Below are positions 38,078 through 51,179 of a stretch of 64,000 nucleotides of DNA, in pieces. A model generated the notes under the pieces. The model searched no databases, was not told the origin of the DNA, and saw nothing but the letters and a program-made list of their open reading frames with translations. The position numbers and the translations under genes were made by a program. The stretch spans positions 1,509,599 to 1,573,598 of the forward strand of contig MU004190.1 in the NCBI GenBank assembly GCA_010093605.1, written 5' to 3'. Origin of the DNA: Lophium mytilinum (taxonomy: Eukaryota). Numbering within the stretch: position 1 is the stretch's first letter; each line of letters opens with the position of its first letter.

Positions 38078-40046
38078 AGCTTGGCTATTGGCATCGTAAG
38101 GTGCTCTGTAAGACTGGAGGGTGTATTATTTAATCAAGATTTGTACATGCATCCGAGGCTCAGAAACGTTCCATAAAAGAATGAGATATCATTAATGCAG
38201 ATGGATATAGCTTAGGAAGCTGGCATGTTTGCACAATATCCATGTATGCTTGCATGAATGTCTATGCTTCTCTTTCTCTTAGCAATGCAAACCCAATTCT
38301 GGTTGATTAGCCTAAGATCTGTCGAGATATTTAGAGGGACATTTATGGTCACGTAGAATAAATATCAAAAGCAATAACATATGGCGATCGCTCATGCTGA
38401 CATCTTTCTTTTCAGCCTAAATTTCAAGCAGCAGCGTGAGGCTTTCGTGGATTGAATGCAATACATTATATCTAGCGTCATTTGGAAGTAAGAAGTTTGG
38501 TGCCCTTAACGCGCTTGCGGACTATTAATTTCCGCCTGCAATGGCCTTGTTCGGCATGAAGACCAAAGCACGCTTACTGATTCCCTACTGGCCCAAATTC
38601 TTGAAGTGATGGTACAGTCGCTTGTTCGAATCTTTGTACTGCAATGACAGAAAGGGCTCTGTAAATTTGTACATAGTTCTAATTGCTTCTCGGAGTCAAT
38701 GGCGACGACAGCTTGCCCTCGTGTCTTCATATTTTTCCTAGGTGACAGGGCTCGTTGAGAACAGTGTGGCAATCTATTCCAACTCCATCTGAGGTGGCCC
38801 GATGAGCTTTCAGGCGTGTTAGGATTACCTTCTTTCGATTCACAATAACATACCAAGGTATCCCAAGGAGTGCCAGGCGAGTGTAAGTAGCCTTAGAGTA
38901 GATCTAGATCTGAAGCATTGGGAAGATTGAAACATGATCATTGATCCGTGGACTGCCATTCCGTGTTTAACGAACCTGGTGGAGACAGCTGATGTTGTGG
39001 AAGCGGCTGCCGGTTTTGAGTTCTCAGATATCGGGTCCTGAGTGTACAATCTATACCGGCTGTGGTGTCCGTCCCTTGCTTGTTCTAGATTCGGAGTAGT
39101 CAGCTAGCCCCTTCTAAAACGAACGCCGCGTCCTCTCGCAATTCTATAACCCATCAGTCCTCCTGTCCACTCTCATGATACCAGAGCTGTGGGCACTGAG
39201 GCAAGCGATGATCCTGAGATTGAGTAGCGCGTTGAATCTGCCGCACGGTCTTCTGTCCAGTCTTTCGTTTGTGTGCATTGTTCCTAGACTTCTTTCTACG
39301 AGCGACAGACCTTCATCGCGCGTTCTTGGGCGACAGGTTCTTGAAAACTTCTGGGAGCGATAGTAAAATGCAACAGAAACATGACCGGCACTCGCGAGAT
39401 TGAGAAAGGGAACCGCCTTGGTTGAAAACTAATTCGTTGCTCTGGCAAGATCACCATTTAACATCGGCTCAGTCCAATTTAGCTACTGTGCCTCGGCCTG
39501 GAAAAGGCACGAAAGGCAAAAGAGCGGCGATGATGATATCCGGTGTAGTATCTTTCAGATATCAGCTGGGCCAACAATGATTTTCCTCTGCCTCACTTTC
39601 ATTTTCGAGAATCTGCTGTGATCCAAGCGGGACAAGGTCGAAGGAAAAGGTCGAACAATGGAGCCCAGCAGCATGTTCTTTCAGCTGAACGTTCATCAGC
39701 GGTTGCTTCCCTGTCTAAGTGTGTAAGGCTCGATCTCGTCCTCATCGTTCGAAGCCGTGAGCAAACGGCGATTAGAGTGGGTCTTCTATAGCCAATCAAA
39801 GCTACCTATGGTGCACGGGCCACAGACCGCTAGCCGCATCAGAAATATGAGGTCGACTTCTCTCGTCCTCACGCTTCTCTTCCTCACTCTCCTCACTTCT
39901 CGCTTTCTTCCTCCTCGCCCGAGATGAGGGCGGGTACAGCTACTACCTAAGCACTCGCATCAACTTTTCACTTTCGGCTCTTGCAGAGGCCGCGACTTTC
40001 ACGAGGTCAACCGCTTTGGCGGTCAAAACCGCAACATTCTAGCAAA

Positions 40047-43000
40047 ATGAATGACACTCATTCAGCTCATTCCGGGTTGCTCGAGTCACTATTCCACCAC
40101 GTTGTCCTCCCGCCGAGAGTGCCCGGGAAACGCGATGGCAAGCGCGCGGACATCGAGCGAGCTCTCATAGATCGCTTCATCGATGCCAGTAGAGTAATGC
40201 GAACCCTTGCGACCGACGGCCCGCATCGAAAGGCCTGGGAATCTGTGTGCCGCTCACTTCAGACAAGCCGAACTTGTAACGCTGGTGGCAAGCTAGATAA
40301 GACGTCGCTGCGTCGCGAGTTTTGCAGCCTGACCGACCGGGAGACGCTGGTTTTGCATTTGCCCGAACAGAACTGTGGCATTTTGATTCGGAGACGTGGC
40401 GAGTAAGTGGCATGAGAACTCCTTTTGTGATTCACAAAACTAATGCGATTGTGCTATTCAGGATGATCGCCTTCGAAGTTTTCGAGGTCTCCTCGCTCTC
40501 GGCCGACGTGCTCGCATCACCAAACGCTCTAGTCCGGACATTCCCGGGGACATCAGTCATCTTGGATCGCTCCGTCTTCGGCGACGCCTCATTCCAAGAG
40601 GAACTAGCCGCATTTCTACAACAAGCCAGCACCGAGTCTATTAAACGTTTCGCCGCCAAGACCCACAAGGCAGGATCACTCGCCTTCGAAAGCCGTGATA
40701 CCGCGGATCCAGCACTCATCACGAGCATGCTGATGACCTTGCTGGAAGCCAACGGTCGTCGAGTGTACCCACCGTTACTCCGAAAGCGTATACACGATGA
40801 CGTCTGCTGGGAAGATGGAGGCGACCAGCCGTGGAGGAGATCTGAATTCTGGCTTGTTCTCCGGGTCGCCGTGCAACGTGAACTCTGTGTGCTTCTTGGG
40901 GGAGAGATCGGGCGAGCACATTACAAATTCGTGATGTGTGTGCTCCTTGCAAGCCTACTGGATGACACCTTGACTACACTTGATCCGGCATCGGTACATC
41001 TGATCAAGGCTAAGCTGTGTCGCCGGTTAGTCAAACTCGAAGTCGACAAAGATCGAGCCTCCCTAGACCTTCGTCCTGTATACCAGAGTCTATTTGAAAA
41101 CCTTGCAACTCGGTTCGACAAGTCTGTCCAGGATGCAGCGCGAAATATCGAGCTTCGTTGGGAAGCGATGAAGAAATCCATCCGAAGGCCCGTGTATCCA
41201 CTGCCAAAGAGAGCAGATCCGCGAGACGTGGTTCTACAACTTCCAAATTCCAGAGCCTATCTCGAACAAGTTCGGAAAGAAATTCTACGGCCAACACTTA
41301 CCCAATTCTATGATCATGATCAGTTCAGGAAAGATTTCCAGGCTATGTTGGCCTCTAAGAGTCAATTCAAAGCATTTTCAGAGCGACATTTCAATCTGAT
41401 CGATCTGGAGGTCGAAATCCGGACTAGAGTTTGCCAGATCACCGACTCATTGGATCCCACAGTACAGGTAGATGTTACCGCCCGAGATAACTCAGCAAAT
41501 TCAACGAGTTCACCAAACAACTCATTGGATCTGCGCGAAAAACAATGCATCGAGCTGGCAAATCTTATCGATAAGTACATCTCCGTAGTAGGAACCGCAT
41601 ACGACGAGTATGCTGATCGAAAGGGGGAAATGCTTCTGACTGTGATGGAACTTTGGGTAGTTATGGATCAATGCGCGACGAAGAAGTACCCCCTCCTGAA
41701 AGCCTACAACCCTGGATTTCCTCCCGCAATCATGGACGTACTCAATCTACCTCATCTCTCACAGCTCCATCGCCTGAAAGACGTCCAGGAATATGTCGAA
41801 GGAAGGAGAATGCAGCGCGGAGAGAATGATACCATATTCCGGGACCCATCAGAGGATTGTTTTGGAGTCCGATACTACAAGGACTGCCCAATGCTTCATC
41901 GATTGCATGATGAAATCGAGGAAGACGCGCAGAGCGCCCGCGAACAGAAAGAGATTGAGTGGAATGCCTTGAATGCGGAATATGAAATCATGATTAGACA
42001 GATTTCGGAAGCTTCTTGCGTTTTCAGGATCGATGAAAAGTCCTCAGAGCGGTATCACGACACTCGTAATTGTACGAAATGCTTTCTGGAACGTAAGGCA
42101 TGGCGACACCGTATCGAAATACATGAGCATCCGCTCCCGGCAGACGTCAACGCGGCCAGAGCAGTGGTTTTTGAACTTGGAATACCCGAAGGGTTTGCGC
42201 GGTACCGCAACTCAACTTTCACCATAATCGCAAAACTCACTCGATCTGAACCACCTGAAAGAATACAACCACGGATGTCACTTTGCGACTATGCTCCTCT
42301 CAAAGCATATAAGGTCACCGTCGCTCATATCACAGGGGTCCCATTAGCTGGGATTACCCTTGCATCATCAGCAAAAGCATTTATTGACACGCATTACTCG
42401 AAGGTAAGATTTCCCGTGTCTCTGGACGACGTCTGCTTGCCTAGTGGGTTGAAGTATCGTCTGTACGATACTGGGCATCATATCTGGCCAGACAAACAAT
42501 ACCAGAGACCGACCTTACGACATCATTTCAAGCTGAAACTTCCCGCGGAATCCCCATTCGCCGACTTGCAATTGTCACCCGATTTTGCTGCCGACCATTA
42601 TGGGCCGACTTCGAATCAAATTATTGCAAGCCAATCAGTGTGCCCATCTGGAGTCAATAGTCATGAGTTTATGGCCTTTCAGAGTCTCTCCTCAGGCTAC
42701 AATCGTCGGTGGCTGGTGCTACTAATGGAGCTTGGGTCGAGCAATATCAACTTCTCTACTGAAGCCAGCTCATGCATGGTATCGACCGTTGCTCTGCAGG
42801 CTGGACCAGCGGCTGGAAGCGATGTACTCCGCGCTACTCACCGTGTATTTCGGGACGACTCGTTTTGCGAAGAGTTATTAACACAACTCTCGAGCCGTTT
42901 AAGTGGCCTGAAAGCTAATTGGAGGGAGGTATACCTGATGGACATGCTCATCACTCTTATGTTGAGGCTTTGGTCACTATCGGTCAACCGTCATTTCTCC

Positions 43001-46000
43001 GCTAAGGCTTTGGATCTTCTGGCCCAGGCCCGCCTAATCACCTTTGCCTGGTTGTCGGCCCTCAGGAAAGAAGCCGCCACAGCAGTAGATGCAGAAACAT
43101 CCCAGAGAATAACCTCATATGCATTGTGGGCTGCCCTTCTCTGCAAGAGAACATTCGTCGTGTTTGCGGACCAGAATGTGCTCTTAGACCCTGCGTCGAC
43201 TCGCTGTTTCATAGAAAGCTCCATCACAGTCCAGGACAGCTTCGTCGGTAACCCAGGCACATTGGCAAGAACTCTACGATACAGACTCGTCAGCGATCTT
43301 ACGATGACATATAACATGCGCCATATACTTCGGCAGTCCGTCGAGCGTAACCAAAGTTCGCTGCAGATGGCAATCAATACTTTCTGGCCAGTATTTGAGG
43401 CAGGAGCTCCACAGCCTCCGGTTGCATGCGTATTTCTGCAGCCACCATACGAGTGGGTTCTCGAGCTGATCCTAAGCGCCACCAATCAGATGTCACAGCA
43501 AGTTGTTCACTATGCACTACTGTACGGGACTCTTGGAGTGAATGGATGCCCTCTGGGGAAATTACCTGTTCAGTATAGGACACATCCTTTACTTAAGCTG
43601 CTCTTTGGGACGCAAAATCTGCTGGTTTTCAATAGTCAATTGCAGGGTATGTCACACGGTATTGCGCTCGACTTACCTTATAACCACCAAGCCCACATTG
43701 GGTTTCGAGACAACCAGCTCGTTGTCAAGGCACGTGTGAATGGGGCGATCCTGGAATATATTCCCCGTGAGGTATTTGGGAGTGCGTCCAATTTCGACCT
43801 ACCTTTCTCACTAGTAGACAACCGCTTTCATTGGCTCAATCCACGGAGTGGTCTCCTGGAGATTAGGCAAGGTCCAGAACCTTGGAAGTCAAGAGAGAGT
43901 GACTGGGTACTGAATTTGAATACCCGACAGGCACACCGCCGCAAAGTAACCCTAGTCGACCCGCATAGCACTCTTTTTCAGAGCATTGCGCGACAGTTTA
44001 CCTATTTTGAGTATCGCCAACATCTTACAGTATTTCAACCGCCGTTCAGAAATCTGACAGTCGATCTTCGAAGAATGGAACTCTCATTCACAGTCAATCG
44101 GCGGAATCTCTTGGAATGCTCTCAGTTGCAGTCTGAGATTGATCCTAATCAGGATGCCGGCACTTGGTATGGCCTAAACAGTAAGATTGTACTCAGGTCG
44201 ACTTTGAATCCCCGTCAACGAAGCATCATTGTCCCAAAAGGCCCATTGACATGTCGCAAGAACAACGCTCACGTGGCTGTCGATGTCGCAAATGTGTTTG
44301 GCCAGTACGGGACCTATACTATCAACAGCATTCTGGGCCGTCTCGATTGCGCCGCGGAACCGACCTTACTGTATTCGAAAGCCCTCTTTCATGCCTATAC
44401 GGCGTTTGTTTTGCCAGATCCACTGACTGGTCGGACTGGCACCGAGGAGTCGATCAAATATCTCAAATCTGGCTCGTTTCAGCCATGGGAGCCGCTATCG
44501 ATCCACTCATACAATATACTGAAAGACATTGCAAAGCTCAGCCCTCAGAGAGAGTATTATCCCGCAGATCTCCGCTGCATGCAAACCGTCGTCAGTAATC
44601 CTGGCTGCAGTATATCCATTGAGCATCCGGAGTTTCGACAACTTGTGAAATTCATAATTCAAAGATCTGAAGACTTGAGAGTATTCGCGCCTCAGCTAGC
44701 CTCAATTCCCCTCGTTGAGCCACCCGGAAAGTCCCTTCTGGCTGAACGTAGCTTTCTCCGACATAGTCGCTATCATCGATCCATTCTACCCGAAGAGCCG
44801 CAGGTCATCATTGCAGACGTCGAGTATACTGCTAGAGATTCCTGCCCAAGAAGCTATGGTCGATCCAAAGTCTTCGAATGTGCTTCCATTGTCCGGTCCT
44901 GGCCAAATGCTATAAAAACGACTACAGACCTCGCTGGCATTCTCCAGCAATGGCCTATCATCGGGGGATATAACGGGAAATTTGACAAAGTAGTGATTTC
45001 CGACCTCCTTTCTCTCGACATGTCGCGCGAATGGGGCAGGTTGGTCAAAATGTGTCAAGCTTTCGATCCCAAAGACCGTTACCCCCTCATGTTTCTCGCC
45101 TCTCTTCTTGCATTCGCTAAAGATGTAAACATGGACATTGTTCGAACTCTCATCGCGTTTGCCGTATCAAATGACCTAAAATCTCTTACGCCTCCACAGT
45201 GGCCATCGTACAGCCATTTTCGAAAGGACCAACATCCACGAGCGGACCATCTACTCCAGCTGATGAAACCCTGCCGTGAGGCATATACTAACGACATAAA
45301 GGATACGCTCTGGTCTACGTTGAGCTACAAACAACGGAAAAAGTACGAGCTAGAAGAGCTTCAACACGAAGCCCTTGTACAAAAGCAATGTCAATCCTTT
45401 GCAGATTTTTTGCTTACCCAATGGCCATGCATTGAGCCAAATATAACAGGATTTTCCTTGGACATACTGCTTGATTGCGAAATGGCGATGGCGGCAATAA
45501 AGCCTGAGTGGCTTCGATGGTTCCAAAACATTCAGCTCTCAGCTCACGTTTCCCAAGTGCAGGCTATACTTGATCGTCTGCACATTGATATTGAAGTCGA
45601 ACTTCCACGTGGATCATCTGGAACTCAAGCTGTGCTCCCGACGAGAATCCGAGGGGGTGAGGTCCCGACCCTTTTGGATCTGGTCAGTAAGCGCGGTCCG
45701 CGAATCCTTGCTAGCATCGTTCCTGGCACCATTGGGAAGACGCAGGTCGGGGGCACCCTGATCGAACGACCCAATGGTGCTCTTCCCAGTTCCAAGAAGT
45801 CCGAAAAGCCAAGTCTTTCAGTTACGACCGCACCGGCCCTGACGTCGACGAATGAACTAGAACGCGTGATTTCCACTATGACAGCTTCTCAGTCGTTGGT
45901 ACGCCAGCGATATGGTCGGGATCTTGAAGCCAGCCTAGTAGCCTTGAAGAGCCTCTCTCCGGCAACAAGCGATGAAACAGTCCTCAATCCTGCTCAGCTA

Positions 46001-49000
46001 TCCTCCGACATCACAAATGCCAGCAAAATAGTTCATGGGTTGATCGCTGAGATTCGCCAAGCTCTTGAAGCGCACGATTCCCGCTCAAAATGGCTTCGAG
46101 TGGGAGGGCTGACGCCTTGCGACACACGAATCTCGCTTCTCGAACTCTTGAGATCCACAGCACATGCGAAGTTCGGCAAAGGAATGAAGCAGGCATTAGT
46201 TCGATATGCTGTATCTCTTACGAAACTGCAACGCCTCTTGAGAATCCAAGACGCCCTGATCAAGGGGCATAGACAGCGCTTTACGGAGGAGAGAAATAAC
46301 AATGGACACAGCAATTGGCAGCCGCTTGAGCGAACGGATTGGCTTCTCCTCGAAATCGAGTCGGATATTCTGATACGACCACGACAGGTGGATGTCGCAC
46401 TTGCGACTATTTCGCCAGCTTCTCGAGGCAACTCCATCTTGCAGTACCAGATGGGACAAGGAAAGACGAGTGTAATTTTGCCAATGGTGGCAGCCGTCCT
46501 TGCGGATGCGACCCAGCTTTCGAGGATAATAGTGCCTCGCTCCCTGTTGCTGCAAACAGCCCAGATATTTCAAGCCCGCTTAGGCGGCTTGCTTGGACGG
46601 ACAATCTGCCATGTTCCCTTCTCTCGAAAGACTGATACTTCCCCAAAAACATTAGAGAAGTATCACAGCATTCATGAGGAAGCCTTAAAGAAATGCTCAA
46701 TTATACTAGGGCTTCCTGAACACCTCATGTCGTTCCGTTTGAGTGGTTTGCAGAGGATATCGGACGACAAACTCGTGGAAGCTAGCTTGATGGTAAATAT
46801 TCAGCGATGGCTTTCCAGGGTGTCTAGAGATGTTCTTGATGAGTGCGATATTACACTTGCTGTTCGTACACAACTGATCTATCCCTCTGGATCTCAAAGC
46901 GCAGTCGATGGCAACCCATATCGATGGCAAACGGTCGAGGCAGTACTTCGTCTAGTCGATTCGAATTTGACAGCCCTTCGAGATCGTTTTCCTCAAAGCA
47001 TTGAGGTGGTTCGGAGGCCTTCAGGAGGCTACCCATTCATCTACCTCCTTCGAAAGGATGTCGAAGATTCGCTTATTGAACAGCTGGTCAAAGAGATATG
47101 CAGCGGTAGGACATCAGTGCTTCCGGCAACAAAGGAGTGCTCGGAAGACGATCGAGTTGCTATCCAACACTTCATGTCCAAGCCCAAGGTATGCGACGAT
47201 GTGACCAAGCGAGTACACGGAATTTTTCCCGGCAAACCAGCATATCTGCAGATCCTTCATCTCTTGCGGGGCTTGTTCGTCCACAGGATTCTCCTCCTCA
47301 CGCTCAAGAAACGTTGGAACGTCCAATACGGATTAAACCCCCTTAGAGATCCAATTGCTGTCCCGTATCATGCGAAGGGCGTCCCTTCAGCTCAAAGCGA
47401 GTGGGGTCATCCTGACGTATCGATCCTTTTCACTTGCCTCTCATTCTACTATGATGGCCTCACTCTTCCCCAAATCCATCAAAGCCTCGAGCACGTTCTC
47501 AAAGGGGATGATCCTACGACAGAATACGAACGCTGGGCTACCGAGGACCTTCCTGGGTCCTTAAGGGATTGGAACGCAATCAATGTGGACGACGAGGCTC
47601 AGCTAGCCGAAATTCATCATCATGTTCGCTACAATGTCAATGTAATTGATCATTACCTCAACAACTTCGTCTTCCCAAAACACGCCAAGCAGTTCAAGGT
47701 CAAGCTCTCAGCGTCAGCTTGGGACATCCCCTTATTGTCACCGGAGAACGAAATCAAAGCTACCAAATCAAGCTCCAGGCAAGTCAGGAAAGCACTTACT
47801 ACTGGGTTCTCCGGCACAAATGACTCAAGAAATATGCTCCCACTTAACATCAAGCAGGAGGACTTGTCTGGGCTCTGGCATACAAACGCGGAAGTCCTCA
47901 CATTTATGCTCGCCCCTCGTAGCAGGAAATTCTTTGTGACAGCCGACTATTGGGGACGGAGGTTGTCAGAAGTGGATATCTTGAAAAAGCTGGCCGGGAC
48001 AAACATTCGAGTACTCATCGACGCCGGGGCACAAATCTTGGAGCTAGACAATTTGAGCCTCGTGAAAGCGTGGCTTGTCGCTGACCATGAAGCCACCGCC
48101 GCCGTTTACTTCGATACGGATAACAAGGCATGGGTCCTGTATAGACACGGCTATCGGATACCTTTGCTAGCTTCCCCATTCGCCGAAAATCTCAAAGAGT
48201 GTCTAGTATACTTGGATGAGGCACATACACGGGGAACAGATCTTAAACTCCCAACGGATGCAATTGGCGCGCTTACCCTGGGTTTGAATGTTTCCAAAGA
48301 CAGCCTCGCCCAAGCCGCTATGAGGCTAAGACAACTAGGAACCACACAATCAGTTGTCTTCCTTGCTCCTCCAGAAGTACATCAGTCTATCATGGACCTT
48401 GTGCAAAAGAAACACAGCGATCCAGTAGACTCATACGATGTCGTCCAATGGGTTCTTGAACAGACGGTCATAGGCATAGAGCAGCTACAGCCTCTATACT
48501 ACGCGCAGGGTGCAGACTTCTGCCGACGCACTCAAGCAGCTCTAGACAATTCAGACTTCATGGAGGACACCTGTGAGCGCGACGCCTACCTGGCTGTCCT
48601 TCGACAAAAGGAACGACAAACACTGAAAACCCTATACGCGCCCAAAACCTCAAAGGCATCGCCAGATATGACGACATATTGCCCCCCTCTTGCTGTCTTC
48701 AAAGAGCGCTTGGATGTCCAGAGAAGGAGCTTTCAAGACACCGGCAACGCGGTACACGGCTCAGCCTTGGAAGAGGGTAAGATTGCATCTCCAACAATTT
48801 AATTTGGAAGAAGCTTTGCTAACACAGTTTGTAGTTGAGATCGAGAGGGAAGTAGAAGTCGCATACGAAGTCGAGGATGTCAGAGAAGTGCAGAGACCGA
48901 CCCAGTCCATGCCGCTTCCTTTTGGGGGCTTGCACCGAGATCTCACTCGGTTTGTTCAGACTGGACGCTTGTCGGCAGGATCTGCGGCTTTCCAAAATGC

Positions 49001-50005
49001 ATTCCTCGCATTGAGGAGAACCGTAGCGGGTGCAAAGTATGGTGTAGATGCGGAGAGCATGTCGTCGAGGCTCTATGTCTCCATGGAGTTCTCGAGAACA
49101 GTAGCGCTCTACCGACCTGATGACACTTTTCAGGTGAGTTTACTTGGTTAGGGTCACTGAAAGTAGCTAACCTGGGGCAACAGAGACCGGTCAACTTCAT
49201 CCTATGGAGCTCTGTCACGAAGGACTACATGATAATCAGTCCGGAGGAGTGCGAGATTTGTATCGCACTGATTCGGGACATGGCTGAACCACCTACCCAT
49301 CTCCTAAACTATGCCGCGCCAGTCACTCGAAAGATGCTGCGGTTCAACGACTTACGCTTCTATGCAATCCCAGAACTACCTCGTCAATGGAAGGCACCGG
49401 GATGGTTGAAAATTGAGCTTGGAATCATCGCCGGACGTCTCTATTTTGACTGGGATGAGCATAGCAAATTACTTCAGTATCTTGGGGCTGCAGTGGACGA
49501 GGAGGATGAGGAGCTCGAAAACAGCTACACGCATCTACCTTCGTCAGACATATCCGACGGAGACGCTAAAGACGACGACCTTAGACTACGAGAGCAACAG
49601 AAGGGGCAAAAGCGGTTCTCATCGAATCCGCTAGCATTCTTGCACGAGTGGTTAACGGTTCGAAGAAAGGGGCAAGATTTTGAGCAAACGCCGCTCGGTC
49701 ACATCGTGCAAGGAAAGAGCTTGACATCCGCTCACTCGTTCTTTCAAGTAGGTTCGACTGCTTCTAGGGGCCAGAAGCCAATGGCTTCAAACTCGAAGCA
49801 CGTTCGAGGGGCTAGGAACGGTAGGATGAATGGCTCTGATAGCGAGGATGCTGAAGACTTCCTGGACGATGAGTTCTTTGACGCCGAGGAAGGTCCTGAT
49901 GCAGAGTTCAGAGATGAGGATCATGGGTTTGATGAGAGTGGTGAAGTTGGCGGAGCCTTCTTCAACGGCGACGAAGAGTATGTAGAGGCCGGCATGACTC
50001 CGTAG
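40047..50005 (+). CDS. Giant (~3,250 aa) DUF6606/DUF3638/DUF3645-type P-loop protein with SF2-helicase/SecA-like motifs
   Basis: N-terminal 'LFHHVVLPPRVPG'; Walker A 'MGQGKT' (46451-46468); 'DECD' (46838-46849); 'AVPYHAKGVPSAQSEWGHPDV'; 'TGFSGT'; 'LIDAGAQI'; 'YLDEAHTRGTDLKLP'; 'QAAMRLRQLG' (48311-48340). Introns at ~40403-40461, ~48778-48834 and ~49134-49183. Confidence 0.88.
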
Positions 50006-50596
50006 CTCTTCATTTGGCTACTACGGCAGGCTTTGTACTCCCCTAAGACACGATGGGGGAGCGTTGCTATGTCATCATACTTGCCCGAGTCCTGCCAGTA
50101 GTCTAGCTGCAATTATGAGATAGGGCATCGTAGATAGCTTAGCTATGTCAGATACACCCTCCTAGATGTTTTCCCGTTGGCAACGTGTTAGAGTGATGCT
50201 GAGCTCGATGCGACTCTATCAGTCAGTGATCACAACTTACACTCTCGACGGCACCACAACCTCCTTCACGGACTAACGGCTTGCCCATTCGATCTTATCC
50301 TCATGCAAGGATTCAATGTCGGATTTCCATGTCCGGTATAGGCCATACCGGGCACAATTGTGTACATATCGAGCATTGCACGTCGCAGTGTTCTTTTACT
50401 TTGTAAGTACAGCTGCTAAGCTTCGACAGGAAGTACTAGGTTCCCCTATATTTTTCACTGTAACCTTAGCTTCGATGTTCTGTTACCACTTATGTAAAAT
50501 ATGCATGCAGTGCAATAATTTTAACTATTAACCTATAAATAATAACTATTTACTAAAGACTAGAAATACTACTAGATAAACTAATATATATATAGG

Positions 50597-50842
50597 TGTA
50601 AGTTTATAATAGTATAAGTGTTATATTCTTACGCATAAGAGGCTTAAAAGCTACTAAATAGAAATAGAACCACGAGCGTTTAAAGGTAATATAAGAAAGG
50701 TTAGAGAAAGTTTTTTATAATGTAGTAAATAGTGTCTATATATAAAATTCCATTACTATTAGTATAGAAGAGAACTTAAGTAATGTAATTTTTATCTATT
50801 AATCTATCTATTAATTCTTACACTAATATTATATCTTTAATA
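50597..50842 (+). mobile_element. Solo LTR of the Copia family (older, RIP-mutated)
   Basis: TGTAAG...TTTAATA; flanks ATAGG/GTAGG (one RIP-type change). Confidence 0.8.
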
Positions 50843-51179
50843 GTAGGTAATGCTAGAAGTTTAAGTAGAAGTATAGGCGCTCTTTAATGTATAAGGAAAG
50901 GGAGAGATATAGAGTATAAATAGCTGTATTAAAGTGCTTAAAGAGCCTAGGTCTTTAGTATTCTATATATACCTTACTTAGAAATGTTTTAGAAAGCGTT
51001 ACTATAAAGTAAAGTAAACTGCGAGTAGGTAAGGGGGTAACTATCTAGAATATTAAGTTAATATCTATATAAAATACTATAATAAAAAAAGGCTTTAATA
51101 CTTCTATTATAGGTTAAAAAAATATAGATCTATAGAGACTAAAAGCGCTCTATAAATCTAAAGGCTACTATAAGATTAC

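Noticed and set aside
38506..39799. Several 60-116 aa ORFs between the secreted protein and the giant ATPase
   Set aside because: No family motifs, mostly non-ATG starts and no consistent exon chain; treated as intergenic.
40322..40461. N-terminus of the 2826-aa ORF as given in the ORF track
   Set aside because: It runs through an intron; the likely start is ATG 40047 in another frame, spliced at ~40403-40461.
40432..48345. Numerous antisense and alternative-frame ORFs within long genes (also within tfb3, ctr86 and bfr2)
   Set aside because: Expected shadow ORFs of GC-balanced coding sequence.
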